A DNA stretch of 39,193 nt. Origin: Gemmatimonadota bacterium (GTDB taxonomy: Bacteria > Latescibacterota > UBA2968 > UBA8231). The stretch is from positions 75,375-114,567 of the forward strand of contig JAYPJE010000006.1 in the NCBI GenBank assembly GCA_038128265.1. Reading direction: 5' to 3'. The position numbers and the translations under genes were made by a program. Under the pieces are notes generated by a model. The model worked only from the letters and a program-made list of their open reading frames with translations. It had not been told where the DNA came from and did not search any database. This document shows, piece after piece, positions 10,723 to 21,197 of this stretch (position 1 is its first letter; the number at the start of each line of letters is the position of its first letter).

Positions 10723-12467
10723 TAGCTATTCTCGTTGCTTAGTTCACTGCGCAGGCGGCGTATGCGAAGACGCAGCTCCGGCGCTAGGGCATCGGCTGGG
10801 GCGGCCAACAGCGCCGCTTCGCAGACGCGCAGCGCCTCGTCGAGACGACCAGCGCGCTGGAGTAGATCGGCGCGCGCCAGCTGGGCTTCGACTGCGTGGC
10901 GACCATCAGGGAACGCCTTAACCAACGCTTCGTAGTACCGGAGGGCCTCCTGCAGGTCGCGTGCGCTGGTCGCGCCAGCGCGTTTTAGTAGGGCCCACTC
11001 GCGCAGGCGCGGCGTCGCCCGATCAATGACGCGATCCCAGTGCACGGCCGCTTTGGCAAAGAGACCCTGGCGATCTAAAAGCTGTGCCTGCACCAACTCG
11101 GGTAACATCGACTCGTTCTTATACTCCTCACAGACGAGCAGTAAATCGAGCGCATCGTTGGCCAGCGGATCATCTACTCCTTCGTCCGTCAGCGCTAGTA
11201 TATCGTCAATGACCGCCGCGCAGTCGCCGCGAAAATACGCTAGCTCTGCGCTGCGGACGCCGGCCCTGTAGGCCGCCGACTGGCCCTGCTGGGCCAGCTG
11301 GCGCGCGTATGCTGCCGCCGTTGTCATATCGCCCATGCGCAGCGCACTTTCCGCCATGAGATCCAGAGCCTCCAACAGCCATGATCCGCGCACAGGCGAC
11401 TCAATAACCGGCAGTAAGCCAGCGGCTACGGCCTCTGCGCTGCGCCCCGCTTCAAGCTGCAGGCGCGCTATACCAACCAATGCTTCCATCGCTTCGGGCC
11501 GGTTGGGAAAGCGCGCAGCCAATTCTGCATAGTGCTCCAATGCCTTGGTTTTGTCTGCACCGCGCGCACTAATCTGAGCGCGCTTTAGCAGCGCTCGAAA
11601 CACATGGGGCGTGTCCGAGCTCAGGCGCGCATACTCTCCGTAGGCATCAACCGCTACCTGTGCAAAACCGCGCGCCTCGCACTGTGACGCGTATTGTAGA
11701 AGCAGATCGACTCCTTCGGACCGCGCAGACAATGCCGAGATTTGCTCTAGCCCACGAGCCGGCTGGCCGGCAAAGAGCGCGCACGTGGACACCAGACGCA
11801 CCTTGACTAACGGATCGTCTGCAGTCGATCCGAGCAGGGCTTCGAGCAAGGCTCCGCCGTCGCGCTGGCACAGCGGCCCCAGCTGATGCTCTACAACGGA
11901 TAGGCGATTGGGCGACTGGGCGATGCTGGAGAAAAAAAACTCGAGCGCTCGCTCGTACTGCCCGGTCTGCAAGCTGAGCGCTGCGAGCTCCCAGCTAAAG
12001 AGCGCATCGTCACCCAGCACTCGGCGTCCCTCCATCAACACCTCGATTGCGGGGCCCGTCTGGCCAATCGCCTGACAGCGATCGCTAACCTGCTGGTATG
12101 AAGATACGTCGGACGGATTCATTTCAAGCAGCCGGCGCCACGTTTGCACCGCTTTTTCAGGTTGACCCGCCTGATGCTGGGCATCACCCAACAGCAGGTA
12201 GGCCATCGCATCATCACCGTGGCCCTCCAGCCACGCCTGAAGGTGTTTGATCGCGCGCGCATGCATACCGGCTGCACCTAGCGCACGCGCCATACCGCGC
12301 GCAACGCCAACGTCTTGCGGCTGCAGGGCAAAGAGGGCTTCGTATTCGGTGACGGCGCGCACCCAGTCACCGCGTCTTTCAGCCTGTTGAACGCGCAGTC
12401 GAAGCGCGCGCTCGTCGACTGCCGACAGTGCACTAGCGCATAAGAGCAGTAGAACTAAGCATCTCAC
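10722..12467 (-). CDS. Exported tetratricopeptide-repeat protein
   Basis: Signal-peptide-like N-terminus; repeated TPR patterns (AYLLLGDA..QAGQPEKAV, EALRYYEALVKAFPDG); coupled to both neighbours. Confidence 0.85.
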   Translation of the reverse strand: MRCLVLLLLCASALSAVDERALRLRVQQAERRGDWVRAVTEYEALFALQPQDVGVARGMARALGAAGMHARAIKHLQAWLEGHGDDAMAYLLLGDAQHQAGQPEKAVQTWRRLLEMNPSDVSSYQQVSDRCQAIGQTGPAIEVLMEGRRVLGDDALFSWELAALSLQTGQYERALEFFFSSIAQSPNRLSVVEHQLGPLCQRDGGALLEALLGSTADDPLVKVRLVSTCALFAGQPARGLEQISALSARSEGVDLLLQYASQCEARGFAQVAVDAYGEYARLSSDTPHVFRALLKRAQISARGADKTKALEHYAELAARFPNRPEAMEALVGIARLQLEAGRSAEAVAAGLLPVIESPVRGSWLLEALDLMAESALRMGDMTTAAAYARQLAQQGQSAAYRAGVRSAELAYFRGDCAAVIDDILALTDEGVDDPLANDALDLLLVCEEYKNESMLPELVQAQLLDRQGLFAKAAVHWDRVIDRATPRLREWALLKRAGATSARDLQEALRYYEALVKAFPDGRHAVEAQLARADLLQRAGRLDEALRVCEAALLAAPADALAPELRLRIRRLRSELSNENS

Positions 12468-15400
12468 GGAGCACGCTCCGCTCGCATGGCGTCGTCGTAT
12501 ACCTGTTCGTAATAGCGCTGGAGCAGCGTGCGATACTCATCCGGGTACGAGCCTTCCAATGCGCGGCGCATGGCCTCGCGCAGCGCGTCGGGCATTTGTC
12601 CCCTGTCGGCCGGCATGCCCGGCGGCCCGCTGTAGGGCTGATCTCGCCCACCCGTTGCCTCGCGATCTTCCTTAAAGCCACGCGAGTGAATTGACCGACT
12701 CGCCTCCAACATGCGTTGAAAAATGCGCTCCTGCTTTTGTAAGGTGCGCTCGTTTAGACGCCGCTGCTGCAGGTCGTTTATCACTTCGCGCATCTCTTCC
12801 TGCATGGCCTCAATCTGACCCTGCGCCCCTTTGTGACCGCGCACCGAGCGATGCAGTTCTTCCAATGCCTGATAGATTCGGCCCTGCTCTGCTGACAGCC
12901 TGCGAATTTCGCCGTCTAGGCCGGGCGTGGCTCGGCCCTGCCCCTGTGCCTGAGCGTTATCGAGGGCCTGCTGACCGGCCTGATTGAGCGCAGCCTGCTG
13001 TTCGGACATGCCCATCATCTTCTGCATGGCCTCGGCAAAGCTGGACGGCATGCTGGCATTCGACAAATTGTCCAAACTCTCACGCAGCAGCAGCACGGTC
13101 TCGTTTGTATAGCGCATGGCCTGCTGCTGTGGCTCGCGGGCACTGCGCCCGTCGCGCTGCCCCAGATGGCGCGCCGCATCGCCCATGTTATTTAGCGCAT
13201 AGCCCAGCGTAACGTTGAGTCCACGCGCCAGGCTCATCGTGCGCCGCGCGAGCAGCGCCAAGCGCTCGGCCACCTGTCCCATGCCCTGAAGAAGGGCAAA
13301 CTGATCTTCGGCGGGTGCCGCGCTATCAATCTGCGGCTGCGCGCGAACGGAGGCATTTAGCACTTCCTGACGCTGCGAAAGCTGGATCAGTTCGCGCATG
13401 GCACGGCGCAGTTCGCCGCTCATTTCTTCCTTTTGCTCGGCGGCAAACTGGCCCTTGGCATTTTGTAGGTTAGCCGACAGCTTGCCCAAGTCTTCTTCGA
13501 GCCCGGCCCCTAGTCGCTGGGCCTGCGGATTGTTCTTGGCGCGCATCTGCTGAACCATCTCGCGCATGCGCCCGCTCAGGTTCTTCGCATCCATTTCGCT
13601 GGCAGCCTCTCCCACTTCCTGCGCCATGGGCGCGCCAAGGCTCTGCAGGGACTCGGCCAGTTCTTGAAGCGCCTGCTGCAGACTGTCGCTGTCGCGTCGC
13701 AGCGCTCCCTGCTGCATTTGTTGGCGCATGCCCGCATCGCCCTGTTGTAGCTCTCTATTGATCTCCTGCTGGCGCTCGGCCAGCTCCTGCGCTTGGCGCG
13801 CTACGGCTTCAAACTGCTGTTCGGCACGCACCTGTTTTAGCAGGTCGATCGTGCGATCGAGACGCTGCTGGAAAGCGTCCTGATCTTCGCTAAAGCGCTT
13901 TAGCGCATCGGCCAGCGCTTGCGGATCGGGATCTTCGGCAGCCTGCTGTAGCTGACGCAGTGCATCCTGGAGCTCTGGCGCCGCCACATCGGCCATCAAC
14001 TGGCGTATCTCCTCTAGCTTATCGAGGATATCTCTATTGCCAAGTCCATTCTGCTCAAGCGCCTTGCTGCCCTCTTCCAGCTCGGCGGCCACTTCTTCCA
14101 GCTGGCGCGAACGCTCGCCTTCGCGCTCAAGCGTCGCCTCTAGCTCGCGCTGCGATTCCCAGCTCAGCTCTTCTTTTCGCAGCACTTCGCGACGCACCTC
14201 CTCGAGGTATTCGCGCGCATCGCGTCCTTCCTCAGCCAGGGCTTCCATGGCCTCCAAGCGCTCTTCGAGCACGTCGGAGCTTTCGTCATACAGCTCGCGC
14301 AGAGAAGCTAAGCGCAGCGCATAGCGCTCGCTGCGCGCTGATTTAGCGCCAGACACTGCGTCGTTATCAAACGCTTCGACGGCGTAGTATATGCGATCCT
14401 CGGGCAACAGCTGCACATTCGACACATCCCAGAGGTGGGGCACGCGCACCTGGCGATCGACCGCTGCATTCAACCGCACGCGCCGCTCCGGTCCCTCGTT
14501 GACCTGATAGACTAGTTCCAACTTGGCAACGCCAAAATCATCGCTCGCCTCAACCGCAAGCTGCACCTGCCTGTTATCGGGCAAATCTACGTCGCGTCCA
14601 GGATCTGTAATGGCTACGGTCGGCGGCTGGTCTACCACGGCGCGCAGCGCATAGTCGATTGGATCGCGATTGACTATGCCTTGGAGGTCGCGCAGCTGGA
14701 CTCGATAGGATCCGCTGCGCTCCAGCGAGAGTTCAACAAAGGCCTTATCACCTTCCACCCGCGCCGGCAGCCGCAGACTGTCACCCACAGCTAGCTCGGC
14801 TGAGGAAAGCGCTTTGCTAGCGGCGATTTCAAAGGCAATCTGGGTTCCAACCAACGCCTGTATATCGCCCCCATCATCTTCCACCCGATCGGGCAACTGA
14901 CTGTATTCCGGATAGCGCAAATGCAGGCGCAGGCGCTCTACGGCCGGTGGGTCTACGACACCTATCTCCACGGTGGGCGATACGCCGTCCCCTGCTTCAA
15001 CTCGCATTTGGAACGAGCGCTGCACCTGCGGGAATGCGTAGCGCAGCGAATCGGCACCGGCGACGACGACCTCTTCCCCCTGCCATGCAGCCTGCGGCGA
15101 CCCGCGCCGCAGCACGCGCGCACTCGTGGGCATTTCGCCAGCAAAAAAAGCCGTCAGGTATACATCTTCTCCGCGCACGACCTCCGTCTTGGCAACGGCG
15201 AGGTGAATCGCAGTGCGCGGCGGTCGTTCAAAAACCGTCAGGGGATGGGCGCAGCGATAGAGCGCATCGCGCAGCGGCTGCGTCCACAGTAGCCCACCAG
15301 CGAGGGCAGCGACCAGGGTACACGCAAAAAACAGGGAAGCCTTCTTCAACCGCTCGCCGTCGCCAATATGCGACGGATCAACCTGGGCAATATCGTCGGC

Positions 15401-15805
15401 TGCGCGCATCACCGTCGCCGACAGCAGTTCGGGCGAGTAAAGGAGCTGGGCACGCGGTGCACTCCAAAGCTCCAGCGCGCTAATCACGCGCTGGGCAAGG
15501 TGCGCGTAGCGCTCCTCGACGCGCAGGGCAAAGCGGTGTCGGTTTAGCAAAGAGGGCAGCGTTGTGCGCCAGGCAAAGAAGAGGGCGGTCAATGCCGTTA
15601 GCCACGCCAGCACACCGAGCGTCGTGCGCACGACCGGCGCGAGAAAAAACAGCGCTTCTAACCCAACCCAAGCCAGCGCAGCCAGAAGCAATGTGCCAAC
15701 GGCTAGCAGCAGACCGATGGCGACCTCCACCAATAGCGCACGCCGGCGCAGCCGCGCCAAACGCGCCAGCAGCGCCTCAAAGGCTTCTGTGCTAGCAGAG
15801 CGCAT
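12464..15805 (-). CDS. DUF4175-like membrane protein: N-terminal TM helices, Ig-like beta region, long Gln/Glu-rich coiled coil
   Basis: Three hydrophobic segments, ASDDFGV and AFDNDAVSGAK motifs, ~600 aa helical tail ending YP.EYR.L..RYY; start set to ATG 15805 (TAATG overlap). Confidence 0.78.
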   Translation of the reverse strand: MRSASTEAFEALLARLARLRRRALLVEVAIGLLLAVGTLLLAALAWVGLEALFFLAPVVRTTLGVLAWLTALTALFFAWRTTLPSLLNRHRFALRVEERYAHLAQRVISALELWSAPRAQLLYSPELLSATVMRAADDIAQVDPSHIGDGERLKKASLFFACTLVAALAGGLLWTQPLRDALYRCAHPLTVFERPPRTAIHLAVAKTEVVRGEDVYLTAFFAGEMPTSARVLRRGSPQAAWQGEEVVVAGADSLRYAFPQVQRSFQMRVEAGDGVSPTVEIGVVDPPAVERLRLHLRYPEYSQLPDRVEDDGGDIQALVGTQIAFEIAASKALSSAELAVGDSLRLPARVEGDKAFVELSLERSGSYRVQLRDLQGIVNRDPIDYALRAVVDQPPTVAITDPGRDVDLPDNRQVQLAVEASDDFGVAKLELVYQVNEGPERRVRLNAAVDRQVRVPHLWDVSNVQLLPEDRIYYAVEAFDNDAVSGAKSARSERYALRLASLRELYDESSDVLEERLEAMEALAEEGRDAREYLEEVRREVLRKEELSWESQRELEATLEREGERSRQLEEVAAELEEGSKALEQNGLGNRDILDKLEEIRQLMADVAAPELQDALRQLQQAAEDPDPQALADALKRFSEDQDAFQQRLDRTIDLLKQVRAEQQFEAVARQAQELAERQQEINRELQQGDAGMRQQMQQGALRRDSDSLQQALQELAESLQSLGAPMAQEVGEAASEMDAKNLSGRMREMVQQMRAKNNPQAQRLGAGLEEDLGKLSANLQNAKGQFAAEQKEEMSGELRRAMRELIQLSQRQEVLNASVRAQPQIDSAAPAEDQFALLQGMGQVAERLALLARRTMSLARGLNVTLGYALNNMGDAARHLGQRDGRSAREPQQQAMRYTNETVLLLRESLDNLSNASMPSSFAEAMQKMMGMSEQQAALNQAGQQALDNAQAQGQGRATPGLDGEIRRLSAEQGRIYQALEELHRSVRGHKGAQGQIEAMQEEMREVINDLQQRRLNERTLQKQERIFQRMLEASRSIHSRGFKEDREATGGRDQPYSGPPGMPADRGQMPDALREAMRRALEGSYPDEYRTLLQRYYEQVYDDAMRAERAP

Positions 15806-16488
15806 TAGCGTCCCATCGACCACACGACGATGTTGGCTCCCATCCGCAGCGCCGCCTGTCTCTTCTCAGACGGCACGTCGTGCACTTCTGGGTCTTCCCA
15901 GCCATCGCCTAGATCGGACTCGTAGGAATACGCAACCACTAGGCGCTCGCCGATAAACAGGCCGAGCAGCTGTGGCCGCTCGCCGTCGTGCTGGTGTATT
16001 TTGGGCAAGCCTTCGTCAAAATCAAAGTGGCTGTGAAACACGCCGTGATCCGGTGTTAATTCAACCCATTCGCTGAGGGGAAATACGCGCTTCATCTCGC
16101 GGCGAAAGCTCTCGTCCATCCCATAATTGTCATCGGCGTGCAAGAATCCACCGCTTTCCAAATAGCGTCGTAGGCGCTGCACTTCTTCGTCGCTAAACGA
16201 AACATTGCCGTGGCCCGTCATGTACAGGTACGGATAGGAAAAGAGCGCACCGTCTAACAGCTGCACGCGCGCCTCTTCTTCTGCGGCCGCAACCCGCGTA
16301 TTGTCGCGCAAAAACCTGAGTAAATTGGGAAGCGACGAGGGGTCGCTATACCAATCGCCGCCGCCGCCGTACTGCAGGCGCGCTATGGTAAACAAGCCGC
16401 TCTGGCCCTCCTGCGCCGCGGCGGCACACCAGAATACCAAATACGCATTTATGGATAGGATAAGAGCGAGACGACCCACGTAATTCAA
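15805..16488 (-). CDS. DUF4159 domain protein, probably exported
   Basis: IARLQYGGGGDWY, YPYLYMTGHG, GGFLHADDNYG, DLGDGWED; TTG start overlapping the upstream TGA. Confidence 0.88.
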   Translation of the reverse strand: MNYVGRLALILSINAYLVFWCAAAAQEGQSGLFTIARLQYGGGGDWYSDPSSLPNLLRFLRDNTRVAAAEEEARVQLLDGALFSYPYLYMTGHGNVSFSDEEVQRLRRYLESGGFLHADDNYGMDESFRREMKRVFPLSEWVELTPDHGVFHSHFDFDEGLPKIHQHDGERPQLLGLFIGERLVVAYSYESDLGDGWEDPEVHDVPSEKRQAALRMGANIVVWSMGR

Positions 16489-18707
16489 CGATCGTTAACC
16501 ACGGCGAACTTGCCCAACAAATGGGCATTGCCATCGCTAGCCACGAAGTAATAGATGCCCGAACCTACTAAAAAGTTCGCTTCATTCAAGCCATCCCACG
16601 TCGCGCTGCCGACGCCGGGGATGCCTTCAATGCGGCGCACCAATTGACCGCTGGCCGTGTATATGCTCACCGCGGCACCCAGCGGCAGCCCAGACAGCGT
16701 GAGCTCACCACCGCGACTATTCAATACCAGCGGATTGGGATAGATTTGCGCGACTCCATCGGCCGTGCTGTCAGTCAGCTGAACCTGCAGACGGCTCAAC
16801 CCATCGAGCGTGCCAATCCACAGCAGTTCGCTTTCCTCATCGAAGAGCAGAGAATTAACTCGGTTGGAGATTAGGCCGCTGTTGGACGTATTGAGGACAA
16901 AGGCCACTTCACCGCGCGTGTCTATTTGCGCGATGCCTTCTTCCGTTCCAACCCAAACAGCGTCGTTTGCACCCGCTCCCAAAGCCGTTATAACGTTGGA
17001 AGGCAGCGCGCTATTGGCGTTGTTATACACTCGCCACGACTCGACGTCGAACGTGCGCGCACGGCTGTCGTACGCTCCCCTGACGACGTTGAGGCCGTTG
17101 TCAGTTCCAACCCACACGCGACCCGAACCATCGGCGAGGATGGCGCTCGTGCGATCGCTGCTCAGCTCGCCATATGCCAGCGAATTAAACGTGATGCCCG
17201 ACTCGTCACCGCTAGTAAATGGCGTGCCGCCATCGTCGAATAGAATAAAGCCGTCACGCGCAGTGGAAATCCAGATTAGACCGTTTTCAGCAATGGAAAT
17301 CTTGCCAATGTCACGGCCAGAAGGCAGGCCAAAATTTTCCTGTCGGTTGAGCAACTGGCGCTTGGGAGGATAACCATCCATAACTACTAAGCCGCTCTGC
17401 ACATCGGCAATCCACATATTGCCCTCGGCATCGCGCTCTATATCGCTGATTGGAGCAAAACTACCGCCGCCAATGCCTTCGATCGCCGAATTGCCGCTGT
17501 TGAGACGACGCCACTGTCCGCTTGCATCCAGAACGTCGACGCCCCGTCCCCAGTTGCCCACCCACAGCAGGCCTTCAGCATCCGTGTTCAATGCCGTCGT
17601 ATTCTCCGAAGACAGGCCGCTTTTCAAGTTGTGTACTGTCCACGCTTCGCCGTCGTACTGGTAGGCACCAAATGCCGGAAAACCATCTTTGGGAACGGAG
17701 GCCGCCCACAGGTCCCCTGCGTCCGTTAGGGTGAGGTCGTAAAACGCATTGTAGGCCGGGTCCCGCGTTGGCGGCATTCGCTCGTCCCCCATGACGCGCA
17801 GACCGGTCTGCGTCGCAATCCACAGCGGCCCATCGCTATCTGAAAGGTCGGCGATTCCACTTATGTTGGGAGAGCTAATCCGATTCCAATCAAAACGACT
17901 TGCACGCTCGTAAAATTCTCCACTTTGCGTTGCGCCAACTAGGCGGCCTTCAAGCAAACCCAGACCAATAAAGTCGGGCGGATTATACATATCTCTCCAA
18001 GGACGATCGCCCCCAGCCGCAGTCCACACGCCATTGGCCGTCACGCAAAATAGCGTATCGCTATAGACGAGAAAGTCCACTGTGCGCCCCATGATTGTGG
18101 TGCTCTCCCAGCTGGCTGGATCCTGTAGGTTGGGCTGCTGTAAATCGGCCCAGGCTATGCCCAAATCCGTGCCAGCCCACAGGTAGCCATCGTGTACGGC
18201 AATGGCGTTGACGGGCGTGTCTTTAGAAAAGCGTATCAACTGCCGATACGTTTCCTTCACCTCGCCCTTGTCTATCAAGAAGGCGCTAATACCGCGCTCC
18301 GTGCCGACAAAAACGCGGTCTTCGTATGCGTGTAGTGCATTGATCGTCAGCTCGGCAAAGTCCATATAGGGCGAGTCAAAGACCCCATCGGAAACGCGCA
18401 GCCTACTCAGACCTTGAAAACGCGTGCCAAACCATAAATCACCCCGCTCGTCGACGGCCAAGCTCGAAACATTATTGCCGGGCAACCCGTCCAACCGGGT
18501 AAAGCGATCATAGGTCCGCGCCTCCCGATCGAATCGCAGCACACCGCCCGACGTCAACGCCCATACATAGGACGTATCGGCCCACAAGCGACTCACGTTG
18601 CGCATACTGGTAAAGGCTGACCACTCCGAACTGCTGGACTGTGTCCAAGCGTTGGTGGCAGCAAAGAGCAGTAAGAAAAAGTAGCGGAAGCGTACCTGCA
18701 TCATCAC
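16485..18707 (-). CDS. PorZ-like exported beta-propeller protein with C-terminal T9SS-CTD/FlgD-Ig-like domain
   Basis: Signal peptide; many D..G.(L/V)W.GT..G(L/I) propeller repeats; C-terminal YPNP...IYT.SG.LVR...WDG...SGIY...KFAVV. Confidence 0.72.
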   Translation of the reverse strand: MMMQVRFRYFFLLLFAATNAWTQSSSSEWSAFTSMRNVSRLWADTSYVWALTSGGVLRFDREARTYDRFTRLDGLPGNNVSSLAVDERGDLWFGTRFQGLSRLRVSDGVFDSPYMDFAELTINALHAYEDRVFVGTERGISAFLIDKGEVKETYRQLIRFSKDTPVNAIAVHDGYLWAGTDLGIAWADLQQPNLQDPASWESTTIMGRTVDFLVYSDTLFCVTANGVWTAAGGDRPWRDMYNPPDFIGLGLLEGRLVGATQSGEFYERASRFDWNRISSPNISGIADLSDSDGPLWIATQTGLRVMGDERMPPTRDPAYNAFYDLTLTDAGDLWAASVPKDGFPAFGAYQYDGEAWTVHNLKSGLSSENTTALNTDAEGLLWVGNWGRGVDVLDASGQWRRLNSGNSAIEGIGGGSFAPISDIERDAEGNMWIADVQSGLVVMDGYPPKRQLLNRQENFGLPSGRDIGKISIAENGLIWISTARDGFILFDDGGTPFTSGDESGITFNSLAYGELSSDRTSAILADGSGRVWVGTDNGLNVVRGAYDSRARTFDVESWRVYNNANSALPSNVITALGAGANDAVWVGTEEGIAQIDTRGEVAFVLNTSNSGLISNRVNSLLFDEESELLWIGTLDGLSRLQVQLTDSTADGVAQIYPNPLVLNSRGGELTLSGLPLGAAVSIYTASGQLVRRIEGIPGVGSATWDGLNEANFLVGSGIYYFVASDGNAHLLGKFAVVNDR

Positions 18708-21197
18708 CTACATCATCGTCAAAGGATCTACATTTACTGTGAGCACGGCGCCGTGCCGCTGCGCTATCTGGTTCATCTCACCCCAGGCACCGCGCGCAGC
18801 TGCACGAAGGCGCTGGGCCGTATCTCCGCGCAGCAAAGCCTGCCAGCGATAGGCGCCGCGTAAGCGGGGAAGCGGTGCAGGCGCCGGGCCCAGCAGCACA
18901 GTAGCCGGATCCAATAAGGGCAGCAGCGCGGAGCTACCCCCGCGTGCAGCGCGCTCTACACCCTCCTCATCGCCGCCGCGCCAGCGCAGCACGAGCAGGC
19001 GTCCATATGGGGGAAAACCGGCTTCACGGCGCTCGCTCAGTTCGCGCTCGGCAAAAGCTGCGTAGTCTTGGGCTGCCGCAGCAAGCAAGACGGGGTCGTC
19101 CGGTAAGCGCGTTTGCACGACGACTTCGCCCGGATGTGCGCCGCGCCCCGAACGCCCGGCGACCTGCGTCAAAAGCTGGAAACTGCGCTCGGCGGCGCGA
19201 AAGTCCGGCATGTGCATACCCGTGTCGGCAGAGATTACACCGACTAGAGTAACTTCGGGAAAATCCAGCCCCTTGGCCACCATCTGCGTGCCGAGTAAGA
19301 CGTCGGCTTCGCGGCGGCGAAAGCGCTCGACTAGCGCGTCGTGCGCGCCTTTCCACCCCGTCGTATCGACGTCCATGCGGATGACGCGGACGCCGTCAAA
19401 TTGTTCCAGCAGTGCCTCTTCGACTTTTTGCGTACCCACCCCTTCAAAGCGCAGTTCAGCAGCCCCACACGATGGGCACAGAGAGGGCACCGGAGCGGCA
19501 AAGTCGCAGTAGTGGCAGCGCGTCAGTGCTCCCTGGCGGCCGCGATGGTAGGTCAGCGATACGCGACAGCTGGCGCACTCTACAAACTCGCCGCACGAGC
19601 TACAGCTTATAAAGGGTGCAAAACCGCGCCGGTTCTGCAGCAGCACAACCTGCTCGCCGCGCTCTAAGCGCTCGCGTATTTTCAGCCTCAGCACCTTGGA
19701 AAAAATAGCGCGCTGCTTGCGCTGAAATGGCTCGCGCTTCATATCGACGACGTGCACGGTTGGCAGCGGCCGATCGTCGACGCGGCGTGGCAAAGCATAG
19801 CGACGATACTTGCCCTGCTCCGCGTTGGCATGCGACTCCAAGCTCGGCGTAGCCGATCCCAGCACGACAAGAGCGCCCTGTCGTTGACCGCGCATCAGCG
19901 CCAAATCGCGTGCGCTGTAGCCTAAAGGGAAACGGCTCTCCAAGTCTTCCTGCTTATAAGACGCATCGTGCTCTTCGTCGACGACCAGCAGTCCCACATC
20001 CGGCAGCGGCGCCAAAACGGCCGAGCGAGCACCGATGACAACGCGCTGCTGACCGCGCCGCAGGCGCTTCCACGTATCGTAGCGTTCACCGGCGGAGAGC
20101 TGGCTATGCAGCACGGCGACCTCATCGCCAAAGTGCTGCTTAAAGCGGCGCACCATTTGCCAAGCCAGAGCGATTTCCGGCACCAATACAACTGCACTTC
20201 GCCCCTGCGCCAGCGCGCTGCGCACCAAGCGCATATACACCAGCGTCTTGCCGGACCCCGTAACGCCGTGCAGCAGGGCGGGATGGAATACGCGCTCTTC
20301 GAGCGCAGCCTGTAACGCCCCGACAACTTCCTCTTGATCGGCCGTCAACTGCATTTCTTCCGCAGAGATCGATTCTATGTGCGACAGCGGATCGCGCACT
20401 CGTTCGCGCTCTACGCTACAGACGAGACCGCGCTCCTGCAACCCCCTGAGAACGGCGGCGCTAAACCCGGCGCGTATTAGCTCAGGGCGGGCAGCCGAAG
20501 TGCAGGTAAGCAAGTGCCTCAGGCAGTCGGCCTGGCGCCGCGCGCGCTTTTGCAAAGCGGGCAGCGCACCCTCCGCCTGCGTTCGATCGACGACCTGTAA
20601 ATGCGTCTCACTCAGCGTGCGGGTGCGCCGGTCCTCTAGCAGAGGCACCATATCGATCAAACCGCGACGACGCAGAGCGGACAGCCGCTTCTCCAAGCCG
20701 CGGCGCCCTAGCCGGTGTTGCAGTGTCGTAACCTTAAGGGCCGAAGCGCCGGCTAGCTCTTCGAGGATCGCGCGCTCTTCCGCATCGAGTTCCTGCCAGC
20801 CCGGTGCCGACTGCACCCTGCCGTCAGCCACGCTCACGGCTTCCGTTACCGACGCGGTGCGCTTGCTGCTCAGGCGCACGCCAGGCGGCAGCGCAGCGAC
20901 TAGCGCACTGCCTAGCGGCGCCAGATAATAATCGGCAAGCCAGCGGCACAGTTCGACCACTTCTTCGCTGAGCAGCGAATCGTCAAGCACCTGCGCAATA
21001 TCGCGTATTTTTTTGGGATCGAGCGCCGAATCAGGCGCCGTATCAACCCCCGTTACAACCCCAGTCAGCATGCGCTGTGCAACGGGAACCAACACCAGGG
21101 CACCGGGGCGCGGCGCGTCGACTTCGACGGGTATGCCGTACGTGAACTGCCGTGCCAGCGGGGGCGGCAGGGCGACTTCCACGTAGCGCCGGCTCAT
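18708..21197 (-). CDS. priA: Primosomal protein N' (replication restart helicase)
   Basis: GVTGSGKT, VPEIAL, DEEHD, SATPSLES, four CxxC pairs, GTQMVAKGLDF, QVAGRSGR. Confidence 0.96.
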   Translation of the reverse strand: MSRRYVEVALPPPLARQFTYGIPVEVDAPRPGALVLVPVAQRMLTGVVTGVDTAPDSALDPKKIRDIAQVLDDSLLSEEVVELCRWLADYYLAPLGSALVAALPPGVRLSSKRTASVTEAVSVADGRVQSAPGWQELDAEERAILEELAGASALKVTTLQHRLGRRGLEKRLSALRRRGLIDMVPLLEDRRTRTLSETHLQVVDRTQAEGALPALQKRARRQADCLRHLLTCTSAARPELIRAGFSAAVLRGLQERGLVCSVERERVRDPLSHIESISAEEMQLTADQEEVVGALQAALEERVFHPALLHGVTGSGKTLVYMRLVRSALAQGRSAVVLVPEIALAWQMVRRFKQHFGDEVAVLHSQLSAGERYDTWKRLRRGQQRVVIGARSAVLAPLPDVGLLVVDEEHDASYKQEDLESRFPLGYSARDLALMRGQRQGALVVLGSATPSLESHANAEQGKYRRYALPRRVDDRPLPTVHVVDMKREPFQRKQRAIFSKVLRLKIRERLERGEQVVLLQNRRGFAPFISCSSCGEFVECASCRVSLTYHRGRQGALTRCHYCDFAAPVPSLCPSCGAAELRFEGVGTQKVEEALLEQFDGVRVIRMDVDTTGWKGAHDALVERFRRREADVLLGTQMVAKGLDFPEVTLVGVISADTGMHMPDFRAAERSFQLLTQVAGRSGRGAHPGEVVVQTRLPDDPVLLAAAAQDYAAFAERELSERREAGFPPYGRLLVLRWRGGDEEGVERAARGGSSALLPLLDPATVLLGPAPAPLPRLRGAYRWQALLRGDTAQRLRAAARGAWGEMNQIAQRHGAVLTVNVDPLTMM

